From a candidate division TM6 bacterium GW2011_GWF2_28_16 (GTDB lineage: Bacteria > Patescibacteriota > Microgenomatia > UBA1400 > PJMF01): a stretch of DNA of 64,000 bases. Position 1 is the first letter of the stretch. Each line of letters starts with the position of its first letter. Shown piece after piece: positions 29,485-40,137 of the stretch. The translations under genes and the position numbers were made by a program. The notes below the pieces were generated by a model. It was not told where the DNA came from. It saw only the letters and a list, made by a program, of their open reading frames with translations, and ran no database searches. The DNA is taken from assembly GCA_001029715.1 (NCBI GenBank), contig CP011212.1:259407-323406 (forward strand). Reading direction: 5' to 3'.

Positions 29485-30484
29485 ATTATTAGCTAAAATT
29501 GAAGAGGCGGGCTTAGTTGGGCGAGGTGGCGCTGCCTTCCCTGTTCATCTAAAGTGGCAGCGCATCAAATCCCTAAAAAATCCCAAGAAATATGTGGTTT
29601 GCAATGCCAGTGAAGGAGAAATTGGAGTTGAAAAAGACCTTTATATTTTAAAAAATTATCCAGAAGAAGTGATTAGAGGCTTGCTTTTAGCGATGGATTT
29701 TTTAGGAACCAAAGAAGCTTACATCAATTTTAATAAAGATTATTATCAGGCGACTAAAAATAAAATAGATCCTTTGCTAGATCTTTGTAGAAAAAAAGGC
29801 TATTTAGTTAGTATTTTTCAGGAAGAACCAAGCTATATTGGTGGCGAAACAGGAGCACTTTTAAACGCTATTGAAGGTAAAAAAACTCAGCCTCGTCCTG
29901 AGTCACCCAGCCCGTCTCTTAAAGGTATTTTTGGTTATCCAGTTTTATTGCATAATGTTGAAACTCTCTATGATATTGCCAGAGTATCAATGGGTACTTT
30001 TAAAGCAACTCGTTTTTCAACTATTCTAGGAGTCAGAAATGAAGGTGTTTATCAGTTTGGAATCAAGCAAAAAGTGGCAGATATTTTACGAGAAACCAAT
30101 AACTATCCAGAATTTCCTTTTTTTGTTCAAGTTGGCGGAGGAGCTAGTGGTGAAATTTTGACATCTGATCAAGCAGAACAGGCTGTTGTTGGCGGTTGCG
30201 GTTCAATTGAAATTTATAAAACTAGCACCAGCTCTAAACAATTTTTAGATAAGATTTTTAATTTTTATGCCAAAGAGAGCTGTGGTAAATGCACGCCTTG
30301 TAGAGATGGTTCTTGGCAATTACAACAAATGTTAGCGGAAATAGAGGAAGGCAGTGAAATTACGTGGCAAAAAATTGCTCCAATTATTAAAGTAATGGAA
30401 AAATCTTCATATTGTGGTTTGGGCAAGTCAATCGCTTTGCCAGTCAAAAGTTATGCCAAAAATATTTTAGGAATAGAAATTTAA
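29471..30484 (+). CDS. Minimal NuoF/HydB-like flavoprotein subunit
   Basis: GLVGRGGAAFP, VCNASEGE, YIGGE, NVETL, ESCGKCTPCRDG..CGLG [4Fe-4S]. Confidence 0.9.
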   Translation: MYQDELLAKIEEAGLVGRGGAAFPVHLKWQRIKSLKNPKKYVVCNASEGEIGVEKDLYILKNYPEEVIRGLLLAMDFLGTKEAYINFNKDYYQATKNKIDPLLDLCRKKGYLVSIFQEEPSYIGGETGALLNAIEGKKTQPRPESPSPSLKGIFGYPVLLHNVETLYDIARVSMGTFKATRFSTILGVRNEGVYQFGIKQKVADILRETNNYPEFPFFVQVGGGASGEILTSDQAEQAVVGGCGSIEIYKTSTSSKQFLDKIFNFYAKESCGKCTPCRDGSWQLQQMLAEIEEGSEITWQKIAPIIKVMEKSSYCGLGKSIALPVKSYAKNILGIEI

Positions 30485-30485
30485 A

Positions 30486-32216
30486 ATGCCAAATACAATT
30501 ACCGTTTATATTGATGGACAAGCCTATCAAGCAGAAGAAGGTCAAAGTATTTTGCAAGTGGCGATGTCCAATCAATTAGATATTCCCCATTTGTGTTATC
30601 ACGAGGATCTGCCGATCGAGGCCAACTGCCGACTGTGCTTGGTAGAGAGCGAAGGTAAAATTACTACCTCTTGCACGCTAAAAGCAAGTGAAGGCATGAA
30701 AGTTAGCACTAAAAATGAAGAATTAGTTGAAATGCGCCAAGAAAATCTACGCTTACTTTTGGCTTCTCATGTTAAAAATTGTCCAAAATGTCAGAAAAAA
30801 CAACCCTGTCCAGCTTTTGGTTTAATGCAAAAATATGGTGTCACCAGTGAAGAATATCAGCGTAAGATGCTTGATTTAGCCGTCCATAAAATGGGTAGCG
30901 CAGCTGAATTTGATCCCAATCTTTGTGTTAAATGTGGTCGTTGTGTCAACATTTGTGCTGAGATTGGTATCAATTTTTTAAAGATTGAGGGAAAAGGAGC
31001 AGATGCTCATCTGACTTACAATCAAAATCCTAAAGTTGATTGTATTTACTGTGGTCAATGCACCGTTCATTGCCCAGTTAATGCTATTCGTGAGCAAAGT
31101 CACTTAGAGCAAGTAGAAGCTGCTCTATTAGACAAAGACAAAATTTTAATTGCTCAAATGGCACCCTCAGTAAGGACGAGCATCGGTGAGGAGTTTGGTC
31201 AAGAAGTAGGCTTAAATATGGAAAAAAAGATGTTTACAGCTCTGCGTCAGCTCGGTTTTGAGAAAATATTTGATGTTAATACTGGAGCTGATATCACCAC
31301 TATGATTGAGGCTAAAGATTTAAGCAATCGCTTGAAGAAAAGAGATGCTGGTGAAGCGACTGCTTTACCAATGTTTACCTCTTGTTGTCCTGGTTGGGTC
31401 AAATTTTTAGAATTTTACTATCCAGATTTTATTGATCATCTAACCACTGCTCGTTCACCACAGATTCATTCTGGAGCTGCCTACAAAACTTGGTGGGCTG
31501 ACAAGGCAGGGGTTGATCCGAGTAAAATTGTGGTGGTTTCAATCATGCCTTGTACTTCAAAAAAATATGAAGCAGAAATGGAGAAGTTTAACTTTGAACA
31601 TAAAGGTCATAAATTAAAACCAGTTGATTTTGTGCTTACCACCAGAGAAATGGCCACTTTACTTAAGAAGAATCAAATTGATTTACCAAGCCTGGAGGAA
31701 AGCGAAGCCGATACTGAAGGAGAATATAGTGGCGCTGCCGCGATCTATGGAGCCTCTGGAGGAGTAATGGAATCAGCACTGCGCACTGCTACCCACATAC
31801 TCACTGGAGAAGAAATGCCTAATTTAGAACTAGAAGAAGTCAGAGGCATGAAGGGTATCAAACGTGCCACTATAAAAATTGGTGACAAAGAAATAAAAGT
31901 AGCAGTGGTTGCTACAGCGCGAAATGCGCGCAACGTTCTCGAAGAAATTAAAAGGAACAAAGAAGCTTATGATTATGTTGAATTTATGGCCTGTCCAGGT
32001 GGTTGTATTGGCGGCGGCGGCCAGCCGCTAACTAGTACCAATGCCATTATCAAGAAGCGTATTGCTGGCTTATATTCTATTGATGCCAAAAAAAACCGCC
32101 GCCGTGCTCATGAAAATAAAGTTGTGCGGGAGTTTTTCTCTTACTTGACTGACAAGCCTTTATTAGCTGAAAAAATACTGTATACTAGCTATTCGGCAAA
32201 AAACAAATTTGAGTAA
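30486..32216 (+). CDS. hydA: [FeFe]-hydrogenase catalytic subunit, group A
   Basis: H-cluster motifs TSCCPGW, MPCTSKKYE, EFMACPGGCIGGGGQP; N-terminal [2Fe-2S], His-ligated [4Fe-4S] and 2x[4Fe-4S] domains. Confidence 0.95.
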   Translation: MPNTITVYIDGQAYQAEEGQSILQVAMSNQLDIPHLCYHEDLPIEANCRLCLVESEGKITTSCTLKASEGMKVSTKNEELVEMRQENLRLLLASHVKNCPKCQKKQPCPAFGLMQKYGVTSEEYQRKMLDLAVHKMGSAAEFDPNLCVKCGRCVNICAEIGINFLKIEGKGADAHLTYNQNPKVDCIYCGQCTVHCPVNAIREQSHLEQVEAALLDKDKILIAQMAPSVRTSIGEEFGQEVGLNMEKKMFTALRQLGFEKIFDVNTGADITTMIEAKDLSNRLKKRDAGEATALPMFTSCCPGWVKFLEFYYPDFIDHLTTARSPQIHSGAAYKTWWADKAGVDPSKIVVVSIMPCTSKKYEAEMEKFNFEHKGHKLKPVDFVLTTREMATLLKKNQIDLPSLEESEADTEGEYSGAAAIYGASGGVMESALRTATHILTGEEMPNLELEEVRGMKGIKRATIKIGDKEIKVAVVATARNARNVLEEIKRNKEAYDYVEFMACPGGCIGGGGQPLTSTNAIIKKRIAGLYSIDAKKNRRRAHENKVVREFFSYLTDKPLLAEKILYTSYSAKNKFE

Positions 32217-32240
32217 ATTTCCGAATAAAAAAAGAAAAAT

Positions 32241-33275
32241 ATGAAACAATTTTTGAGTAAAATCATGACATTTTTAAAGAGACGTTGGAAGCTTTTGGCG
32301 ATTATTTTAGTGATTATCTTAGCTGGTTCTTGGTATGTACAGGGTAGTGCTAAGAATGCTACTCAATTAATTTTTGTTTCCCCAGTTAGAGAAGATATTG
32401 TCTCCAGCATTACCATTTCTGGTCGGGTGGACGCTAAAGAAAAAGCTCGTCTGCGTTTTGCTGCTGGTGGAAAAATAGTTTATTTAGGTGCTAAAGAAGG
32501 TGATGCTGTCAAAAAATGGCAAAGCATTGCCACTATTGATCGTGCTACACTCCAGAAACAACTTGACCAAAATCTGAATCTTTACATGAAGGAAAGATAC
32601 GATTTTGAAGACGTTCAAGATGATATCAAAGATCGTTCTTTAGATACAGCAGAAACTAGAGCAGTGGCTAAAGATCAATATGATTTAAACAATCAGGTTC
32701 TAAACGTAGAAATTCAAAGCATTGCTATTGCTAATACCACCATCTATTCGCCTTTCGATGGCATTGTAACTTCTGCTCCAACTGCAGTTTCGGGAGTGCA
32801 ACTTATGGCAACTGATTATTTTGAAATAGTTAATCCAAAAACCTTAGTTTTCCGTGCTTCAATTGATGAAGTAGACATGCATCGCATTGAAAAGGGACAA
32901 AGCGCTCAGATTATTTTAGATGCTTATGATGAGGAAGAAATTGAGACTCAGATTTCTTATATTTCATACACAAGCTTTGAGTCTTCTACCGGCACAGTTT
33001 TTTTAATTGAATTTCCCATTGATAGTCAAAATATTGAAAAGTATCGCATTGGGATGAATGGTGACGCTCATATTAAAATTGCCGAGAAAAAAGATGTCTT
33101 AACTGTTCCTCTTGATTCGATCAGTGAACATGATGATAAAGTTTTTGTTTTTGTCAAAGCTGATAATAAGGAAGGCAAAGAAGAAAGAGAAGTCAAAGTT
33201 GGCTTAGAGAGTGAAGATAGAATTGAGATATTTGAAGGTTTAAGTGAGAACGATCAGGTAGTTTTGCCTGAGTAA
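32241..33275 (+). CDS. MacA-like adaptor (membrane fusion) subunit
   Basis: TM anchor, KEGDAVKK lipoyl half-motif, YSPFDGIV, IDEVD, GMNG. Confidence 0.88.
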   Translation: MKQFLSKIMTFLKRRWKLLAIILVIILAGSWYVQGSAKNATQLIFVSPVREDIVSSITISGRVDAKEKARLRFAAGGKIVYLGAKEGDAVKKWQSIATIDRATLQKQLDQNLNLYMKERYDFEDVQDDIKDRSLDTAETRAVAKDQYDLNNQVLNVEIQSIAIANTTIYSPFDGIVTSAPTAVSGVQLMATDYFEIVNPKTLVFRASIDEVDMHRIEKGQSAQIILDAYDEEEIETQISYISYTSFESSTGTVFLIEFPIDSQNIEKYRIGMNGDAHIKIAEKKDVLTVPLDSISEHDDKVFVFVKADNKEGKEEREVKVGLESEDRIEIFEGLSENDQVVLPE

Positions 33276-33293
33276 ATTCATTGAAAATGATCT

Positions 33294-33974
33294 ATGTTGT
33301 TAAATTTGAAGCATGTTTCCAAGAACTATAAGATCGGTGACACCATCATTCATGCTTTGGATGATATTTCCTTGCAAGTTAAGGAGAAAGAGTTCTTAGC
33401 TATTATGGGACCATCTGGTTCTGGAAAATCAACTTTCCTGCAGGTAGCTAGTATGTTAGCGGAACCTAGTTCTGGAGACATTTTCTTGAATGATACTGAG
33501 GTTTCTTCATACAATGAAATTCAGCGAGCTCATCTGCGTAATAAAGAAATCGGTTTTATTTTTCAATCTTTTAATCTATTAGCCAGAACTTCAGCTTTGG
33601 AGAATGTCATGTTGCCTTTGTTTTATGCTGGTTATGATGTTAATTCAGCTAGATCTAAAAAGAAGGCCATTGATATGTTAGAAAGAGTTGGTTTGGGCGA
33701 TCGTTTAAATAATACTCCAGCTCAACTCTCAGGCGGGCAGCAACAAAGGGTGGCTATTGCCAGAGCTTTAATTAATGATCCTTCGATTATTTTTGCTGAT
33801 GAACCAACTGGCAATCTTGACTCCAAAAGTGGCGAAGATATTAAGAAAATTCTTAAAGATTTAAGTAAAGAAGGTAAGACCATTATCATGGTTACTCACG
33901 AAGAAGATGTGGCAGCAATCGCCAAAAGACAGGTTGTATTTAAAGATGGTAAAGTTTTAAGTGATAAAAAATAA
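33294..33974 (+). CDS. ABC transporter ATPase (MacB/LolD-like)
   Basis: [32 protein letters not shown]. Confidence 0.95.
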   Translation: MLLNLKHVSKNYKIGDTIIHALDDISLQVKEKEFLAIMGPSGSGKSTFLQVASMLAEPSSGDIFLNDTEVSSYNEIQRAHLRNKEIGFIFQSFNLLARTSALENVMLPLFYAGYDVNSARSKKKAIDMLERVGLGDRLNNTPAQLSGGQQQRVAIARALINDPSIIFADEPTGNLDSKSGEDIKKILKDLSKEGKTIIMVTHEEDVAAIAKRQVVFKDGKVLSDKK

Positions 33975-35188
33975 TGAAAATTAGTAAAATTTTTCCACTA
34001 GCTTTAAAATCAATTTTACTTAATAAGAGTAGATCTTTTTTAACGATGTTGGGAGTAATTATAGGCGTGGGTTCAGTGGTCTTATTGACGAGTATTGGTA
34101 CTGGCTTACAAGCTTATATTACCGATCAATTTGCCAGTTTAGGAACGAACATTCTTTATGTAGTGCCAGGTAATCCTTTTGGCGAAAATGGTGGTTTTGG
34201 CGGTGAACAATCTATGCTTGAAAGCACTAAACCTGTTCTAAAAAGAAGATTTTATGATCAAGTGATTCGAAACAATCGCGATTTAATTAAAGATGGTGTA
34301 GTCACGGCAGTTAATATTGCTGAGGCTAAATATGCTAAAACTACGAAAAAAGCCACACTTTACGGTGTCACGAGTTCTTACGAATCTGTTTATAATTCTC
34401 CGGCTGTTAAAGGAAGATGGTTTACTAAGGTTGAAGAGGAAAAATCTGAGCGAATTGTTTTACTTGGACCAAAAATAGCAGAGGATTTGTTTGGCAAAGT
34501 AGATCCAATTAACAAAAATATTCTTCTCAATGGTCAAAACTACACAGTAATTGGCTTACTTGAGGAAAAAGGAGGAGGTTTTGGTGGTCCAAGTTTTGAT
34601 AGCTATATTTATGTGCCAACTGAAACTCTTTTTAAATATTTCGATACAGAACTAATTGACTCCTTTATTTTTGAAGTCAGAGACAAAGATCAAATCAAGG
34701 AAGCAACTAGAGCAATTGAAAAGACTATCGGTAAAGAATTAGATGATGATGAGTTTTCAGTTTTTGATCAAACTCAGTTATTAACAACGATTAATAGTAT
34801 TTTAGGAATGTTAACTATTGGTTTGGGTGGAATTGCGGCAATTTCTTTGGTAGTTGGTGGCATTGGCATTATGAATATTATGTTAGTTTCAGTGACTGAA
34901 CGTACTCGTGAGATTGGTTTGCGCAAGGCTTTAGGAGCTACTCCAAATTTAATTTTAGCTCAGTTTTTGATTGAGGCAGCTTTGCTTTCCGTAATTGGTG
35001 GGCTAATTGGTTTGCTCATCGCTTATTTGGGCTCTTTGGCGATTCAACCATATTTTCCAGCCAAGGTAACTGTCGGTGCAGTAATTTTGGCTTTTGGAGT
35101 TTCTACAGCTGTCGGTTTAGTTTTTGGTGTTGCTCCAGCTAAGAGAGCTGCTAAATTGTCTCCGATTGAAGCTTTGCGTTACGAGTAG
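33974..35188 (+). CDS. MacB-like ABC permease
   Basis: RSFLTMLGVIIGV, GGIGIMNIMLVSVTERTREIGLRKALGA, PIEALRYE. Confidence 0.95.
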   Translation: MKISKIFPLALKSILLNKSRSFLTMLGVIIGVGSVVLLTSIGTGLQAYITDQFASLGTNILYVVPGNPFGENGGFGGEQSMLESTKPVLKRRFYDQVIRNNRDLIKDGVVTAVNIAEAKYAKTTKKATLYGVTSSYESVYNSPAVKGRWFTKVEEEKSERIVLLGPKIAEDLFGKVDPINKNILLNGQNYTVIGLLEEKGGGFGGPSFDSYIYVPTETLFKYFDTELIDSFIFEVRDKDQIKEATRAIEKTIGKELDDDEFSVFDQTQLLTTINSILGMLTIGLGGIAAISLVVGGIGIMNIMLVSVTERTREIGLRKALGATPNLILAQFLIEAALLSVIGGLIGLLIAYLGSLAIQPYFPAKVTVGAVILAFGVSTAVGLVFGVAPAKRAAKLSPIEALRYE

Positions 35189-35287
35189 TTTCTTTTGAGT
35201 AACCACTTGTAGTTATTATTTTAAAGTTTAGACCTTCAAATAGTGCTTTTTTATCTTATTTTGGTATAATTCCCATTTAGAGAGAAA

Positions 35288-36559
35288 TTGTTTGTGACCG
35301 AAAAAAGACCCAATTATTCTGATAAGAATCAAGAATCCAGTCAAAAAGCTGCAGATGCTTATGATGAGTTGATGAAAAAGGAAAGAACACACTACTATTC
35401 GGATAGAGATCTTAAACCTAGCCCAAAAGAGTTGACGGATGCCTTCAATAAACTAATCAGAGACGGTTTAGTTCCTGTAAATAAAAAGGCAGAAGAAAAA
35501 GATTCAACAATTGTTAAGTCCATACCAAGCATTAGCATAGATCTAAAAAAAAGGCTTTCGAATAGTAATGATCTCAATGCCTTATCCAAAAGAAACAAAT
35601 TACCAAATATTTTTGAGGATGCCACAGATAAAGAAAATGGAGCTCAAACTTTAGCAAAACTTGATTTACCAATATATAAAAGAATAAAAACTACTATTGG
35701 AGAATTTTTACAAAATCCTGAAAAATATTTTGGTAGCTTGAAATCAAATTTATATTTTCCTTCGGCAATGGATGCAAAAACTGGAGTAAGATATTTTGAG
35801 CTTGGTTTAGATGAGGATACTACTGTTAATTTTATAAAGGATTTAGTAGACAAAAAGGCAATTTCTCCAGATTATTCCTTCACTTTATCAGAGTATCAAA
35901 AAAATGAAATTAGTGGCAATATCATTATTAATCCCGTTATTCTTAATGAAAGCAATAGAATGGCTGAACATAGCGGTGAAATTTATATCGAGATTGTTGA
36001 TGGCGAACACGCTGGTTTAGCTTATGGAGAGAAGTCCGCTATTCTTATAGCTAGAACTAATTTGGAAAGCAATCATCCCGATATCATGAATTTTGATGTC
36101 ACATTAAAGAAGGAGGAATTTAGTAGACCTTTGATAAGAAAAATTAATAATAGACGTTTTTGGCAAAGGACGCATGGCAGAGAAGCTTATTTTGGCTTCT
36201 TGCTTTTAAAAGAAATCATTGAGAAAGGCGAAATTTATTGGCCTCTCATAGACAAAAAAAATAGAGAAAAGGATCAGAATGCAATTTTGCGTTATCAAAA
36301 ATTGATTGAGCAAGTGACGGAAATTTTGCATTTGATTCCTAAAGATCAAGACAATAAAAGCAATTTTTCAGTCAATGGTGAAGCTTTCCATCCTGGTTAT
36401 TATGAATTTATTGTTGGTCCATTCGGTACAATTTTTATAGATCATAGAGACGCTGGTAACTATTCAAATTTGCACTATCATTATTTAGAGGAAATGCAAG
36501 AGATTCATCCGCTTAAACTTGCCGCCGAAAAGACAGAAACTCCACTTTCCAAGGACTAG
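35288..36559 (+). CDS. Hypothetical protein
   Basis: 423-codon ORF with no recognised motif; start uncertain. Confidence 0.65.
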   Translation: MFVTEKRPNYSDKNQESSQKAADAYDELMKKERTHYYSDRDLKPSPKELTDAFNKLIRDGLVPVNKKAEEKDSTIVKSIPSISIDLKKRLSNSNDLNALSKRNKLPNIFEDATDKENGAQTLAKLDLPIYKRIKTTIGEFLQNPEKYFGSLKSNLYFPSAMDAKTGVRYFELGLDEDTTVNFIKDLVDKKAISPDYSFTLSEYQKNEISGNIIINPVILNESNRMAEHSGEIYIEIVDGEHAGLAYGEKSAILIARTNLESNHPDIMNFDVTLKKEEFSRPLIRKINNRRFWQRTHGREAYFGFLLLKEIIEKGEIYWPLIDKKNREKDQNAILRYQKLIEQVTEILHLIPKDQDNKSNFSVNGEAFHPGYYEFIVGPFGTIFIDHRDAGNYSNLHYHYLEEMQEIHPLKLAAEKTETPLSKD

Positions 36560-36596
36560 ACGGGTAAATCGCGCTTTGCTTGACTTAAGACTTTCC

Positions 36597-36655
36597 GTCG
36601 AGAGACTCGCCCTTCGGGCACTAGGAGGGTGCTTTGCACTCTCCGTCGGGACTCG
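36597..36655 (-). repeat. Degenerate duplicated tRNA-Pro 3' end split by a 41-bp double-hairpin insert (36607-36647)
   Basis: GTCG-AGAGAC|insert|GGGACTCG versus tRNA GTCGGAGAGACAGGACTCG; the insert aligns without gaps to 10066-10106. Confidence 0.85.
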
Positions 36656-36681
36656 GTTAGCTTCTTATCCATACCATCTCA

Positions 36682-36723
36682 ACTTATAAAAAAAGACGCA
36701 TCCGCGCGTCTCTTTTTATAAGT
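36682..36723 (-). terminator. Long hairpin downstream of tRNA-Pro, likely bidirectional terminator
   Basis: ACTTATAAAAAAAGACGC...GCGTCTCTTTTTATAAGT. Confidence 0.7.
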
Positions 36724-36796
36724 CGGAGAGACAGGACTCGAACCTGCGACCTTACGCACCCCATGCGTACGTTCTAGCCATCTGAACTACTCTCCG
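36723..36796 (-). tRNA. tRNA-Pro(GGG)
   Basis: CGGAGAG/CTCTCCG acceptor, TACGC-ATGGGGT-GCGTA anticodon arm, TTCGAGT T-loop, A73. Confidence 0.95.
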
Positions 36797-37002
36797 TTTG
36801 TTTCTTTTTTGATTTTACTCTAAATTTAATCAAATTCCACAATAGTCACGCTTCTTGCAATCTAACTAGTGCATAATCATTCATAGTTATTAGTAAATGT
36901 GCAAAAAAGCGAAGAAAAGGCAAAAACTGCTAGTTAAAAAATTAGCAAAAATAGCATATAAATAATACACAAATAAAAAATAAACTAAGAAAGAGAGGGA
37001 AT

Positions 37003-38037
37003 ATGGCGAAGAAAAAAACAGATGAAGTTTTAGAGAAAATGCCTGATTCAGGTAAGAGACAGGCTGTCGAGATTGCTATGCAGCAAATTGAGAAACAATT
37101 TGGTAAGGGTTCAATTATGAAGCTGGGTGAATCACTTAAAGATTTGCCAAAGATGCCAGTGATTTCCACTGGTTCTCTATCGCTCAATATGGCTCTTGGA
37201 GTGGGAGGTTTTCCAAAAGGTAGAATTATTGAGATCTATGGTCCAGAAGCTTCTGGTAAAACCACTCTTTGTTTGCATGCGATTGCTGAAGTTCAAAAGT
37301 ATGGTGGCGTGGCTGCTTTTATTGATGTTGAGCACGCTCTCGATCCTGTTAGAGCAGAAAAGATTGGTGTTAATTTAGAAGAAGTTTTAATTTCTCAGCC
37401 AGACTATGGCGAACAAGCTTTAGAAATTGCTGAAACTTTAGTCAGATCTGGAGGAGTTGATTTGGTCATTGTTGATTCAGTAGCTGCTTTGGTACCAAAG
37501 TCAGAAATAGAGGGCGATATGGGTGACCATCAAATGGGTACTCAGGCACGTTTAATGTCTCAAGCAATGCGTAAACTAACCGCAGCTTTGAATAAAACCA
37601 AAACTACCATTATTTTTACCAATCAGATTCGTATGAAGATTGGCGTGATGTTTGGTAGTCCAGAGACAACTACGGGAGGAAATGCTTTGAAATTCTATGC
37701 TTCTTTGCGTTTAGATATTCGTAAAATTGCTAATATTCAAGAAGGAGATAAAGTTGTTGGTAGTCGCCATCGCGTCAAAGTTAAGAAAAATAAAGTTGCT
37801 CCGCCTTTCAGACAAGCTGAATTTGATATGAATGACTATGGTATTTCCAGAGAAGGAGATGTGGTAGATATTGGTGCTGAGATGGGTATTATTGAGAAGT
37901 CTGGCAGTTTCTTTAAATATAATAATGAGGTGATTGCCCAAGGAAGAGAAGCAGCTAAAGACAAATTTAAAGAAGATAAAAAGTTAATGAAAGAAATAGA
38001 ACAAGCCATTTGGAAAAAATCCAAGAGGAATAAATGA
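37003..38037 (+). CDS. recA: Recombinase A
   Basis: [44 protein letters not shown]. Confidence 0.99.
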   Translation: MAKKKTDEVLEKMPDSGKRQAVEIAMQQIEKQFGKGSIMKLGESLKDLPKMPVISTGSLSLNMALGVGGFPKGRIIEIYGPEASGKTTLCLHAIAEVQKYGGVAAFIDVEHALDPVRAEKIGVNLEEVLISQPDYGEQALEIAETLVRSGGVDLVIVDSVAALVPKSEIEGDMGDHQMGTQARLMSQAMRKLTAALNKTKTTIIFTNQIRMKIGVMFGSPETTTGGNALKFYASLRLDIRKIANIQEGDKVVGSRHRVKVKKNKVAPPFRQAEFDMNDYGISREGDVVDIGAEMGIIEKSGSFFKYNNEVIAQGREAAKDKFKEDKKLMKEIEQAIWKKSKRNK

Positions 38038-38287
38038 CCAGCTTCTTTGACTTTTAGGTCATTTTTCATTATAATGGCACAAGTATTTGTTAAAATTTAT
38101 TATTTAGTAAAAAGAAGCTAATTGCTTTAGAATTTAGTCGAGTATATTTATTTTGGAATCTTAAATTTAGTTATCAGTATGAGAATCATTTTTCTTACAC
38201 CAATAAATTAATACCTCAAGCCTTCTCATTTAGAGAAGCTATTTCTAAACGCAAGTAAGTTTGTTTTTACCTAAACGGAAGGTAGAC

Positions 38288-39895
38288 ATGTCATTTTTTA
38301 GTAATTTATCAACGCTGTTTTCAGCTGAGGATGAGGCCAAGCGAAAAGCTAAAATTTCTTTTCCAAGAGCTCAACAGCCACAAGCTAAGCCAGTTAAACA
38401 ATTTAATAAGCCAGTAAAACAGGCTAAGCCAACTCCGGTTATGCAAGCTGAGGCTTCTTCTATTATAGAAAAAGCCAAGCAGGAGGCAGAATCTTTAATT
38501 CGCGATGCTCACTCTAAAGCTAGAGAAATCATTGTTGAAGCAAAAGATGAGTCTTTAGAAATTCGTTCCAAAATTGAAAAAGAAACTCGTCGTGTTGAGC
38601 AAGAATTAGCTAACCAACAAAGAGAGTTACAAAATAAGTTAGATAAGATTGATTTTCGTTTTGAGCAAACCGCTCAAAAGGAAGAACGCATAGATCAACT
38701 TAAAAAAGAGTTGGAAGATCAAAGAGTAACTTTAGAAAAATCTAAGGCTAAAACCTTGGAAAAATTAGAAGAAATTTCTGGCTATTCTAAAGATAAGGCC
38801 AAAGAAATTTTATTTGAAGGTCTTGAGAAAAAATACAGCCGTGATTTAGCAAAAATGGTGGCAGAAAAAGAAGAAGCCGCCAAGCTAGATGCTGATGAGA
38901 AAGCTCAAGAAATCATAATCGATGCCATGCGTCATGGTGCTACTGATTATGTTGCTGAATATACTGTTTCAGTTATTAATATTCCTTCAGAGGAAATTAA
39001 AGGTAAAATTATTGGTAGAAACGGTCGTAATATTCACTCTTTTGAAAGTTGCACTGGTGTAGATGTTGATCTTGATTCCTCACCTACAGAGATCAAACTT
39101 TCAAGTTTCGATCCAGTTCGTCGCGAAATTGCTCGTGTTTCTATGGAACGCTTAATCAAAGATGGTCGTATCCAGCCAGCTAGAATTGAAGAAATTGTTG
39201 CCAAAGTTGAACAAGAAATTGACAGAATTACCTTTGATGCTGGTAAAAAATTAGCTCATGAAGTTGGTGCTTATAATATTCCTAACGGCTTAATTTCTAT
39301 GCTGGGTCGTTTTAAATATCGTTTTTCTTACGGTCAGAATATGATTAAACACACCATCGAAGAAACCAAGATGGGTATTAATATTGCTAATGAATTGAAA
39401 TTAGATATTAATGTAGTTAGACTTGGTTGTTTATTACATGATATAGGTAAGGTTTCAGGCAATCATGATGAGAGTCATGTCCAAGCTGGTGTGCGCATTG
39501 CCAAACAATTTGGTATGCCTCAAGCTGTTATAGATTGTATTGCTCAACATCACGAAGATGAACCTTTTTCTAGCCCAGAATCCATGGCTACTTATATAGC
39601 TGATGCTATTTCTGGTGCCAGACCTGGCGCACGTTATGAGAATCACGAGGATTACGTCAAAAGATTATCCGATTTAGAAACGATTGCTATGTCTTATGAA
39701 GAAGTTAAACAGGCTTATGCTATCCAAGCTGGTCGTGAACTCAGAGTGCTTTTGTTGCCGGAGAAGAGCAAAGATGATGACGTGACAATTTTAGCCAATA
39801 AAATTCGCGATCGCGTGCAAAAAGAAGTCATGGTTCCGGGTAGTGTCACAGTTACCGTTATCCGTGAATTTCGTGAGCAAGCAATCACTAAATAA
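38288..39895 (+). CDS. rny: Ribonuclease Y
   Basis: Coiled coil, KH domain KGKIIGRNGRNI, HD domain LLHDIGK, ADAISGARPGAR. Confidence 0.95.
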   Translation: MSFFSNLSTLFSAEDEAKRKAKISFPRAQQPQAKPVKQFNKPVKQAKPTPVMQAEASSIIEKAKQEAESLIRDAHSKAREIIVEAKDESLEIRSKIEKETRRVEQELANQQRELQNKLDKIDFRFEQTAQKEERIDQLKKELEDQRVTLEKSKAKTLEKLEEISGYSKDKAKEILFEGLEKKYSRDLAKMVAEKEEAAKLDADEKAQEIIIDAMRHGATDYVAEYTVSVINIPSEEIKGKIIGRNGRNIHSFESCTGVDVDLDSSPTEIKLSSFDPVRREIARVSMERLIKDGRIQPARIEEIVAKVEQEIDRITFDAGKKLAHEVGAYNIPNGLISMLGRFKYRFSYGQNMIKHTIEETKMGINIANELKLDINVVRLGCLLHDIGKVSGNHDESHVQAGVRIAKQFGMPQAVIDCIAQHHEDEPFSSPESMATYIADAISGARPGARYENHEDYVKRLSDLETIAMSYEEVKQAYAIQAGRELRVLLLPEKSKDDDVTILANKIRDRVQKEVMVPGSVTVTVIREFREQAITK

Positions 39896-39912
39896 GGTAA
39901 AATTAAAAAGAT

Positions 39913-40128
39913 ATGAATAGCTTTTTATTAGCCAGTCAACTTTTTGTTTCAATAATTTTAGCTAGCTTAGTGCTTCTGCAGCCTGGTTCTAGTGGTGGCG
40001 GGAGTTTATTTAGTGGCTCTGGTGAAACTTATCACACTCGCAAAGGAGTGGAAAAATTGCTTTATTACATTACCATCTTTTTCTTGGTTCTCTTCGTGGC
40101 CAATTCAATTGCTCTTTTATTGATTTAA
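39913..40128 (+). CDS. secG: Preprotein translocase subunit SecG
   Basis: VLLQ..GG..F.G....TRKGVEKLL between two TM helices. Confidence 0.9.
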   Translation: MNSFLLASQLFVSIILASLVLLQPGSSGGGSLFSGSGETYHTRKGVEKLLYYITIFFLVLFVANSIALLLI

Positions 40129-40137
40129 AAACAGAAA

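Noticed and set aside
36553-36600. GACTAGACGG resembling a group I intron P7 element
   Set aside because: No matching S element or catalytic core; better explained as a decayed repeat unit
38038-38287. Long AT-rich recA-rny intergenic region with a CTTCTC/GAGAAG hairpin
   Set aside because: A single weak hairpin, compatible with an ordinary promoter or leader
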